A DNA stretch of 64,000 nucleotides, taken from an uncultured Methanosarcinaceae archaeon. Its GTDB lineage: Archaea; Halobacteriota; Methanosarcinia; Methanosarcinales; Methanosarcinaceae. This document shows, one piece after another, positions 10,876-19,977 of this stretch. Position 1 is the stretch's first letter; each line of letters starts with the position of its first letter. Below the pieces are notes generated by a model. The model did not search any database. It was not told the origin of the DNA and worked only from the letters and a program-made list of their open reading frames with translations. Made by a program: the position numbers and the translations under genes. Where the stretch lies: positions 224,001 to 288,000 of the forward strand of contig CAVSHT010000005.1 of assembly GCA_963727895.1 (NCBI GenBank). The letters are read 5' to 3'.

Positions 10876-11637
10876 TCAAGCCTTTTTTGAAAAGGCTTTC
10901 CAGACCCCAGGCATATCAAGCATTTCCGAAAATACATTAAGCTTGAAATCAAAGCACTTATCTGATTCTTCTCCATGTCTCCAGTCTCCGTAGGCAGCAT
11001 ATGCGGTTTTAAACCCAAGTTTGTGGGCAGGTACAATATCTCTTTTAATGCTATCTCCAACTACAAGAGTCTCAATGGGTTTTATTTTTAGGGTATCAAG
11101 TGCAAAAAGAAAATGGGCAGGATCTGGTTTTTTTGTGCCTGTTGTATCTGCAGCCACAATAAAATCGAAGTAATTTAAAAGCCCTACTTTGGTAAGTCTT
11201 GCAAGAGCATGATGCGTATCTGCATCCGTTATGATCACAAGCTTTAAACTTAATTCTTTTAGCTTATCAAGAGTATCCGTAACAGTTGGATAGAGTTCGA
11301 GATTTTGTAGTTTTTCCCTTTCATATATTTCACAGCACTTTATGTAGCCTTGAATTGTAAAAAGATTTCTTTCCTGAATATAATCTCGAATATTTTCGTA
11401 ATCTTCAAAACCGTAAGTGCCTCTCAAAAAATACCTGAAAAGTTCCAAAGATTCTTTAGCAGCATTATCTTTTTCCATTCCAATAAAAAAGAGAATTTTT
11501 TTGCATGCTTCCATTTTTGCGGCTACTAAATCAAAAAGAGTGTTATCCATATCAAAAAGTACAGCTTTTAGAGTTACAGTGAAAATCTGCTCTTTATCTA
11601 TCTGGATTGCATTTCTCTTCTTCTCAGTATCTTCCAT
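10876..11637 (-). CDS. HAD family hydrolase
   Basis: FDMDNTL motif I, KKPDP, VGDSIKRD; true start may lie downstream. Confidence 0.9.
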   Translation of the reverse strand: MEDTEKKRNAIQIDKEQIFTVTLKAVLFDMDNTLFDLVAAKMEACKKILFFIGMEKDNAAKESLELFRYFLRGTYGFEDYENIRDYIQERNLFTIQGYIKCCEIYEREKLQNLELYPTVTDTLDKLKELSLKLVIITDADTHHALARLTKVGLLNYFDFIVAADTTGTKKPDPAHFLFALDTLKIKPIETLVVGDSIKRDIVPAHKLGFKTAYAAYGDWRHGEESDKCFDFKLNVFSEMLDMPGVWKAFSKKA

Positions 11638-11859
11638 TTTCTTTGAACCTGCCGTTTTTTCTAAATTTTGTATATCGTAGTTTTTCTTTCTTTGTTTACC
11701 TTTTGGAAACTTTATTCAGGATTTTTTGGGGAGAGGCTATAAAAGCTATAAAGGCTAGATGTATAGATCATAAACAAACAATAGATTTAAGTAAATAACG
11801 AACACGGATACTTAAAAATACGCAGGTCTATTATAAAAGGCAGAGTAGGAAATTTTGAT

Positions 11860-13050
11860 ATGAGTTCCGATGAACAAAAAGAGAAATCCTTCAAAAAAGA
11901 AGGCGGGGAAGAAAAATCTGAAGACGAAACCATTTCCGAAAACATGTATGTTTTGAATGATTTGGGGGATATAGGAAAGCAGGAAGTAAGTAATGAAGTC
12001 AGTGCAGCCGACCTTAATGAATATGGACTTGATCTCCTCAAGTTTGGTAAACTCAATGAAGCAGTTGTGGCTTTTGAGAAAGCAATCAAAAAAGATCCAG
12101 AGAATATAAATCTATTAAACAACAAGGCTCAAGTCCTTGAAACCCTTGGAAAATACGAGGAAGCTCTTGAGCTTTATGAAAAAGCGATCAAAATAAATTC
12201 AGAAGATCCAGATATTTGGAATAATATGGCTTTTTCTCTTTCTCAGGTTGGAAAATATAAAGAAGCTATCAATGCTTATGAAAAAGCTATTGAGCTGAGA
12301 CCGGATTATCCCAATGCATGGTATGGAAAGGCTTTGAACTTGAACCAGGCTGGAGACTATGAAGCTGCTATTAAAGCTTATGAAAAAGTCCTTGAGGAAG
12401 CTCCTGATTATAAAGAAGCTTGGGTAGGAAAAGGCATAGCTTTCGGTCAAATGGGCAAATATGACGAAGCAATTCTAGCATACGATAAAGCACTTGAAAT
12501 TGACCCTAACTTTCCTGAAGCCTGGCACTATAAAGGCGTGGACATGGATAGCCTTGGCAGCTACAGGCAAGCCCTGAAAGCATATGAGAAAGCTGTAGAA
12601 CTGGACTCTGAAAACGATGATGCCTGGAATAACATGGGGATAGATCTCGAAAACCTAGAAAAATATGATGAGGCAATTAAAGCCTTTGACAGGGCAATAG
12701 AAATCAACGCCGAAAATGCTGATGTTTGGTATAACAAAGGTTTTACCCTCAGCCAAATGCAGAGATTTGAGGAAGCTGTAGAAGCATATAAGAAAGCTAC
12801 ACAGCTTGATCCTGAGTATTTAGAAGCCTATTCTAGTTTGGGCTTCGTGCTTGCCCAACTCAAACGTTTTGAAGAGGCTCTGGACATTTATGAGCAGGCA
12901 CTAAAACTTAATCCTGAGGCTGCAGATTCATGGTTCGGGAAAGCTGTTTGTCTGAGTTTCCTTGGGCATGAAAAAGAAGCTGAGGAAGCATACAAAAAAG
13001 CTGTAGAAATTGATCCCAGATATGCTGATGTGGGAAGAGATATCCAGTAA
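11860..13050 (+). CDS. Tetratricopeptide repeat protein with acidic N-terminus
   Basis: About 10 TPR units. Confidence 0.92.
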   Translation: MSSDEQKEKSFKKEGGEEKSEDETISENMYVLNDLGDIGKQEVSNEVSAADLNEYGLDLLKFGKLNEAVVAFEKAIKKDPENINLLNNKAQVLETLGKYEEALELYEKAIKINSEDPDIWNNMAFSLSQVGKYKEAINAYEKAIELRPDYPNAWYGKALNLNQAGDYEAAIKAYEKVLEEAPDYKEAWVGKGIAFGQMGKYDEAILAYDKALEIDPNFPEAWHYKGVDMDSLGSYRQALKAYEKAVELDSENDDAWNNMGIDLENLEKYDEAIKAFDRAIEINAENADVWYNKGFTLSQMQRFEEAVEAYKKATQLDPEYLEAYSSLGFVLAQLKRFEEALDIYEQALKLNPEAADSWFGKAVCLSFLGHEKEAEEAYKKAVEIDPRYADVGRDIQ

Positions 13051-13243
13051 TCAAACTTGTATTATGGGCAGAATCTAATAATTTTTTATCCATAACAATT
13101 CTCATTTTTTAATCAATTTACTCTATTCATTGGATAAGTCTGCCCATATCTTATTTATTCCTTTATTTTCACCGATTTATTTTTTAGGCAGTCACCTTCG
13201 ACAATATAATTTATTAGTAATTTATTATTAATTTATTACTATT

Positions 13244-13621
13244 TTATGTGGCTTTGACTATAGTGGTTCTAGCTGCAGTAGTATTATTACCCTTTATTGT
13301 GGTTCGAGTTGCAGTAGTGTTATTACCCCGTACAACAGTCCTATTTGCAGTAGTATTATTGTCTTTTATTGTGGTCCGAGTTACAGTAGTATTATTACCC
13401 CGTATAACAGTCCTATTTAAAGTAGTATTATTTCCCTCTATAGTGGTTCTATTTACTCCTGTAGCTGGAGTTACTGATTTAACAGGGGTTTCATTTACAG
13501 CTCCAGTAGCATTCTGAACCGGAGTTTCTGTTTTATTTGGAACCTCACCTTTTTGACCAGCGCATCCTATTGCAAGGAATACACCTAACAAGACTATCAA
13601 TATAACAAGTTCTTTTTTCAT
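13244..13621 (-). CDS. Putative lipoprotein with Thr/Asn-rich 12-aa repeats
   Basis: Signal peptide ending LAIG-C; repeats xxRTxIxGNNTT. Confidence 0.75.
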   Translation of the reverse strand: MKKELVILIVLLGVFLAIGCAGQKGEVPNKTETPVQNATGAVNETPVKSVTPATGVNRTTIEGNNTTLNRTVIRGNNTTVTRTTIKDNNTTANRTVVRGNNTTATRTTIKGNNTTAARTTIVKAT

Positions 13622-13817
13622 ATTTTCCCTCCACTTTAATCCATCGGTTTTATAATAAATGTATTATAATTGATTTTGAGGTTTTATAACAATTACTGCT
13701 AGATTCTGAACATAGTTATTTTTGAATTAATACTCAGGCAACGATTTTCCTTAGGTTATAATACTGGGAATTTCAATATTATAAGATAATTTTCAAACGG
13801 CTTTTCGGGGGGAAGTT

Positions 13818-15182
13818 ATGAAGATAAAATCCATTAATCCTTATACAGAAGAAGTAAACTGGACATATGACTTATTTTCTTTTGAAGAATATGAGTCAAA
13901 GATTGAAAACTCAAGAAATGCTTTTTTCGGATGGAGTTCATTGTCTACTGAAGAAAGGACAAAGTACTTTTCAAGAGCGGGGAAGATTCTTCGACAAAAT
14001 ACTGAGGTTTATGCCAAAATTATTACGAAGGAAATGGGAAAACCTATCAGACAGTCCAGAGACGAAATTGAAAAATGTGCATTTCTCTGTGATTATTATG
14101 CAGAAAATGCAGCTGAGTTCTTAAAAGATGAAATCGTGGAAACCGGAACAGAAAAAAGCTATGTGACTTTTGAACCTCTTGGGGTAATACTGGGGATCAT
14201 GCCCTGGAGTTTTCCATTCTGGCATGTCTTCAGGTTTGCAGTACCTGCGATGTGTGCTGGAAACGTATGTATAATCAAGCACGCTTCGAATGTTCCAGAA
14301 TCGGCACTGGAGATTGAAAAGGTCTTTCTTGAGGCTGGATTTCCTGAAAATGTATTTAATATCTTATTAATAGATTCAAAAACATTAATGGAAATTATTG
14401 AAGAGGAAATGATAGATGGAGTTTCGTTCACTGGCAGTGTAATTGTAGGTTCAGAGATCGGTGAACTTGCGGGGGGACTGATAATGCCTTTTGTATTGGA
14501 ACTAGGAGGATCAGATTCCTTTATAGTTCTTGAAGATGCCGATATTGAAAAAGCTGCACAGACGGCCATAAAATCTCGTTTTCTCAATAATGGACAGAGC
14601 TGTATTGCTGCTAAACGACTTATTGTCTTAGAGGATATCGCTGTGGACTTTATCGAAGCACTCAAACTTGAAATTCAAGAGCTGAAAATCGGAGACCCTA
14701 TGGATGAGGAAATCGATCTGGGACCTCTTGCAAAGAAAGAACTTATAATTAGCCTGGAAAAAGTATTGAAAGACGCAAAAAAGAAAGGTGCAGAACCTCA
14801 CATTTACGGAGAAGAACATAAAAAAGGTTTCTTCTTCAGACCAGTCCTTATACCTGCAGCCAGTACCGATATGAAGGTTTGTAATGTAGATGTTTTTGGA
14901 CCTATTGTCTCAGTAATCACAGTAAAGGATGAAGACGAAGCTGTCAAAGTTGCAAATTCCACAGAATTCGGTCTTGGAGCAGAGATCTGGTCCAGAGATC
15001 TCGAAAGAGCCCAAAGACTGGCAAAAAGAGTGAAATCAGGATTTGTGGCCATTAATGGAATGGTTAAACCCGATCCAAGGCTGCCTTTTGGTGGAGTAAA
15101 GAAATCAGGAATTGGGAGAGAACTTTCCCATTATGGACTTAAAGAATTTGTGAATATAAAAACGATAGTCATCAATAAATGA
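13818..15182 (+). CDS. NAD(P)-dependent aldehyde dehydrogenase (succinate-semialdehyde DH-like)
   Basis: FTGS, LELGGSD, NGQSCIA, PFGGVKKSGIGRE. Confidence 0.9.
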   Translation: MKIKSINPYTEEVNWTYDLFSFEEYESKIENSRNAFFGWSSLSTEERTKYFSRAGKILRQNTEVYAKIITKEMGKPIRQSRDEIEKCAFLCDYYAENAAEFLKDEIVETGTEKSYVTFEPLGVILGIMPWSFPFWHVFRFAVPAMCAGNVCIIKHASNVPESALEIEKVFLEAGFPENVFNILLIDSKTLMEIIEEEMIDGVSFTGSVIVGSEIGELAGGLIMPFVLELGGSDSFIVLEDADIEKAAQTAIKSRFLNNGQSCIAAKRLIVLEDIAVDFIEALKLEIQELKIGDPMDEEIDLGPLAKKELIISLEKVLKDAKKKGAEPHIYGEEHKKGFFFRPVLIPAASTDMKVCNVDVFGPIVSVITVKDEDEAVKVANSTEFGLGAEIWSRDLERAQRLAKRVKSGFVAINGMVKPDPRLPFGGVKKSGIGRELSHYGLKEFVNIKTIVINK

Positions 15183-15434
15183 AGCTCACATAACTTGAGA
15201 TTTATTGAAGCTTAATTGAAGACACCTTATCCAGATATTATAAAAAATGTGTATAGGCTTGAGATATAATTTGGTTAAGATTAAAATCCTACTCAAGCCT
15301 AAAAATAAAACTGAATTTAAGCTTAACAAACAACTTTAATCGAAGCTTATAATATCTAATCAAAGCCTAATTAAAAGACTTGTATTAAATTAATTCAACT
15401 TAAATAAAAGCCAAATAGTATGCGGGGTTTTTTC

Positions 15435-17070
15435 ATGAAAGCTTCAGATCTTTTTGTTGCCCAGTTAGAAGAAGAAGGCGTTGAATATATTTTTGGACTA
15501 CCTGGTGAAGAAAACCTTGACCTTCTTGAGTCCCTAAGAACTTCCAGAATCAAATTGATAATAACAAGGCATGAGCAAGCCGCAGCATTTATGGCTACAA
15601 CATATGGAAGGCTGACAGGAAAGCCAGGCGTCTGTTTTTCAACGCTTGGACCTGGAGCTACAAATCTAGTTACAGGCGTTGCTCAGGCACAGCTTATAGG
15701 AGCTCCTCTTGTTTCCATATCAGGACAAAAAGCTCTCGTTGACAACTGGCAGGCTCGTTTTCAGTTAGTAGACATTGTCAGGATGATGGAGCCGCTCTGT
15801 AAAAACGCTGTATCCATTACCGATCCTGGAATGATTCCCACAGTAATCCGCAACGCTTTCAAGCATGCGGAAGCTGAAAGACCAGGAGCCATACATATTG
15901 AACTTCCTGAAGATATAGCTGAAGAAGAGACGGACACGGTAGTGCAGAAGAGGGGCGATGTTAAAATCCCTTATCCGAATCTAGAATCTGTTAAAAAAGC
16001 CGCTAATATGATTTGTGATGCTAAAAATCCCCTGATAATGGTTTCCTCAGGTGCAAACCGGAAAGCAATCAATGATGCACTTGAGAGATTTTGTGGAGAG
16101 AACAGGCATTTATCTGGTGCATACCCAGATGGGGAAAGGAGTTATTCCAGATGACTGCATTTATAGCCTTTTTGCTACAGGGATTCATGCAAGGGACTAT
16201 GTTAACTGTGGAATTGATGGGGCTGACCTCATAATCACTATTGGATATGATATAGTGGAATATCCTCCCTACCTGTGGAACAAGACGCTTGATAAGCAGA
16301 TCATAAATATTGATTTCGTAGAATCTGTACCTGATAGATACTTTAATCCCATCGTAGAAATAATTGGGGATGTAGCCGTTTCAATAAGGGAACTTGCTGC
16401 ATGTATTCCAGAAAAACGTGAGTTTCCTATCTTTGAAAACACCAGACGTTTCATTGAGGAAAAAATAAATCCTGTAGTTAAGAAAAGTTATCCTCCTATC
16501 CCACAGGCTGTAGTTCAGAGTGTAAGAAAGGTGCTTGGAAGGGAAGATATAATCACTCTGGATAACGGGATTTATAAACTGTGGTTTGCTCGTCTTTACA
16601 AAACTTATGCTCCTAATACTATTATCCTTGACAATGCCCTTGCAGCTATGGGTTCAGGGCTTCCAGCAGGAATCACTGCAAAACTTCTTTATCCTGAACG
16701 TCGTGTGCTTGCAATATGTGGGGATGGAGGGTTCATGATGAACTGCCAGGAACTTGAAACCGCAGTACGCTATGGAATCCATGTTGTTGTTCTTATACTC
16801 AATGACAACGGTTTCGGTTTTATTAAATGGAAGCAAAAAAAGATGAATTTTGAAGATTTTGGACTGGACTACGGAAATCCTGATTTTTCTCTCTTTGCTA
16901 AGAGTTTTGGAGCTGCTGGTTTCAAGATCATGGAAGAGGACGATCTTGAAGAAGTTCTAGAGAGAGCTTTTTCACTGAATAAGGCAGTAGTTATCGAGTG
17001 TCCTATTGACTATTCCGTGAATTATGAAACTTTTTCAATAGAACTGGGAAAGCTTACATGTATATTCTAA
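15435..17070 (+). pseudogene. Acetolactate synthase large subunit-like ThDP enzyme, +1 frameshift at T run 16089-16092
   Basis: RHEQAAAF and TLGPGATN in ORF1; GDGGFMM...NDN in ORF2; removing one T restores LERFVERTG. Confidence 0.85.
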
Positions 17071-17248
17071 TTAGCATGCAAATTTGACTGGAAAGCTGGA
17101 CTTGCAGATTAATGTTCTTTACAAGTTATACCCCTTCAACGTAAAGTCCTAGAGGATGTAATTTGGATGTAAAAAATAATGTAGAGAACTTGATCTCATG
17201 TCATAAATGTATAATGTGAATATAAAGTTATAATTCGTACCCAGCATT

Positions 17249-17324
<76 letters not shown>

Positions 17325-17523
17325 TAAAACGTAGTAATTCTATTTTGTCCCTTAATCTTCTCATGAACTATAATGGGAGTTAATGAGAATTCAACTTGAA
17401 AGTGTAACGTCTGGAAGTAAAAAACTGTTTAAAATTATTTGAAATATTGAGCAATTAACTATTGAATTAAACAGGGTCAATTTTGAAGTAGAGTCATTTT
17501 CTGCTTGATCCTAATTTTATGAG

Positions 17524-17679
17524 TAAAACTTATATAATTTGACTGAATAGTAAAAACATTAAAAATAAAGAGATGTATAATCTGTTATTAAAAACTAGTT
17601 TCTGTTTTTAATCAAAGAGCAATACACAACCTTATTTTTAAAATAGTTACTATCCGTTGTAAGCGGAGGTGAAAAGAAA
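17524..17679 (+). promoter_or_regulatory. TATA box plus conserved structured 5' leader of a CxxC-x17-CxxC gene
   Basis: TTATATAA at about 17530; long imperfect hairpin 17560-17640; SD-overlapping hairpin 17653-17667; homologous to 19665-19825. Confidence 0.6.
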
Positions 17680-17883
17680 ATGGCTTTTAATGACAGAGGT
17701 AACTCTTTCAGAGGAAGGGACAACAACCGGGGAGGTTTCGGAGCTCCCAGAGAAATGTTTAACGCGATCTGTTCAGACTGCGGTGCTGAAACTCAGGTAC
17801 CTTTCAGGCCTGACCCTGATAGACCAATATACTGCAGAGAGTGTCTTCCGAACCATAGGAAACCCAGAGAAAACAGATATTAA
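17680..17883 (+). CDS. CxxC-x17-CxxC zinc-ribbon protein with RG-rich N-terminus
   Basis: CSDCG...VPFRP...PIYCRECL; SD GGAGGTGA. Confidence 0.9.
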   Translation: MAFNDRGNSFRGRDNNRGGFGAPREMFNAICSDCGAETQVPFRPDPDRPIYCRECLPNHRKPRENRY

Positions 17884-18213
17884 TCTACCGGTTTGATTCT
17901 AAAAGTTTTTACTTTAATCCTTTATATGTCTGTTTAGTTTTGCTTGAGCAGACCAAACGGACCTCCTTCTTTTATAGTTTTTACATGCAATAGTATTGTG
18001 TTTTTAGCTCTGTACTATATTTAGAAGTTAGTTTAGAATTATTTCATGACTGCACAACCATAATTGAAAAAAACTAAAGGTAGTTAAATAGAGATACGAT
18101 AAGTGCGTGAAGAATTATATGGAAAAGGAGAAAAGGTTTTACCGAAAATTGGTTAAAACCAAAGTATATCAGGATAATATGATATTATTAATTTTACTTA
18201 TATTGTTTGGACC

Positions 18214-18558
18214 TTACTTTAAATACCCTTTTCTTTCAAGCCATTCAACTTGAGGTCTTGTGTATTTCCAGATTACATCTGCTTTAGAATCCTGGATTTC
18301 CCAAGGAGCGACGATTACTACATCTCCTTCGTGGATCCACATTTTCTTATTTTTAGAACCAGGAATACGACCCATTCGGACTATACCGTCCATACATTGC
18401 AATGTGACTCTTTTTGAACCTAAAAGGTTTCCTACGGTTGCCAAAACTTCATGGTTTTCTTTGCGTGGTGTACGTACTCTTGTTACTTCCTGAGTCGCAG
18501 GCATGGAATTTCCAGTCCCTGCTTTTTTCTTTCTTATATTGCTTCTATAGTTAGCCAG
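18214..18558 (-). CDS. eif1A: Translation initiation factor aIF-1A; probable CTG start at 18558, ATG alternative at 18504
   Basis: [41 protein letters not shown] precedes an in-frame CTG. Confidence 0.92.
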   Translation of the reverse strand: MANYRSNIRKKKAGTGNSMPATQEVTRVRTPRKENHEVLATVGNLLGSKRVTLQCMDGIVRMGRIPGSKNKKMWIHEGDVVIVAPWEIQDSKADVIWKYTRPQVEWLERKGYLK

Positions 18559-18934
18559 GTTAATTCCTCTAATATTATCAATTCATATCTTTATTTTTAT
18601 TAGTTAGTTATAATTTATAAGAAATTTAAGAATTTATGTGACTACATATAGTTTACATATTTTGACATTAAGGTTCGTAAAAGGATAATAGTTAAGGAAC
18701 TTTTCAGAAGAGATTATAATCTCTATAAATTCTGAATTTCAGAAAGCTTACATTTCAAAGATTTGTTGGAAAATTTTCAGTTATCATTTGATCCACATAC
18801 TGAACATTTACTTTAAAATTCTTTAGGATCTATTACAGCTTCAGATATGAAAAATATCTGTAAAAATTTTAAAGCATATTTTATAAATGCAGTAAAGTAT
18901 ACTTTATTTAAATCTAACTTCAACAGGCTTTAGT

Positions 18935-19137
18935 TTTGAAATTCCTGTAGCCAAACAGGCAATCTCTGCAATAAACTGGCCGACATTGTTGGTTTGAACA
19001 GACTTTAGTTTCAATACCAAGCTCAGAACTATAACCTTGTGCATTTCTAGATGGGCATTCTTGCAAACTTTGAAACTTCCATGGATGCTATTTCAATTGC
19101 CTCCATGATAGGAACTTCCTATGCCATTAAAACTTAT
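18935..19137 (-). pseudogene. Decayed third CxxC-x17-CxxC paralog
   Basis: Reads ISFNGIGSS..*..EMHKVI..GIETKV..FKP..RPVYCRDCL; start ATG->ATA, internal TGA, frameshifts; same leader core upstream. Confidence 0.8.
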
Positions 19138-19379
19138 TTTTGTTTAACCTTTGTAAGATAAAGGTACATATATTCGATAAATAATGATCGGATGCAACTA
19201 TTATTTAAAAACAAAAATGAGTTTTTAATAACAGATTATATGTTTCATCACTTTTACTGGATATATAAGTCTTCCAATGCTATATAAGATTAATCCAATA
19301 ACAAGCTGGGAACTATAAGCAACATCCTTCAGGATAATAATCTGTCATCAATTATACGCAAAAATAAAGAGAATTTGGA

Positions 19380-19399
19380 AACCTTTCTACAGAAAGGTT
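19380..19399. terminator. Inverted repeat downstream of the 19443-19664 gene
   Basis: AACCTTTCT-AC-AGAAAGGTT. Confidence 0.4.
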
Positions 19400-19442
19400 C
19401 CTATTAATATAATTATAATTGAAAATAATTGAATTTCGAAAT

Positions 19443-19664
19443 TTAGAACTTTCTGTGGTTTGGCAGGCAATCTCTACAGTAAACCGGTCTTCCCTCAGCT
19501 GGTTTGAATGGAACCTGTGTTTCTACACCACAGTCAGAACAAACTGCAGGGTACATTTCTGTGGGGCCGCTGTTGCCACCTCTAAAACCTCCGCGGTTAT
19601 TGTCTCTGTTTCCCCGGTTGCTGTCTCTTCCCCTGAAAGAGCTCCCTCTGTCATTAAAACTCAT
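19443..19664 (-). CDS. CxxC-x17-CxxC zinc-ribbon protein, paralog 2
   Basis: CSDCG...VPFKP...RPVYCRDCL; SD GGAGGTGA. Confidence 0.9.
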   Translation of the reverse strand: MSFNDRGSSFRGRDSNRGNRDNNRGGFRGGNSGPTEMYPAVCSDCGVETQVPFKPAEGRPVYCRDCLPNHRKF

Positions 19665-19825
19665 TCTCGTTTCACCTCCGCTTATAGCGGATTAGTCTAT
19701 GTTGCTATAAAAATAAGATCTATACATTCTTTTATTAAAAACAAAAATGAAGTTTTTAATAACAGATTATATGACTCTTTATTTTTACTGCCATTATTTC
19801 TCAAGCTTTTATTATATATAAATAT
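19665..19825 (-). promoter_or_regulatory. TATA box plus conserved structured 5' leader, second copy
   Basis: TTTATATATA at about 19812-19822; hairpin 19708-19787; SD hairpin 19677-19691. Confidence 0.6.
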
Positions 19826-19977
19826 ATCTGATTAATGCATAAAATTCCTACAACAGAAGCTGTAAAAAAATGCATAGAAATAATATATATAAATTTAAAA
19901 CTTTTTTTGAAAGTTGCCTGCTCAATTTTGAATTTTCAGCTCGATAAAAAATATATTGAAACCGAAGAAGTTAAAGT

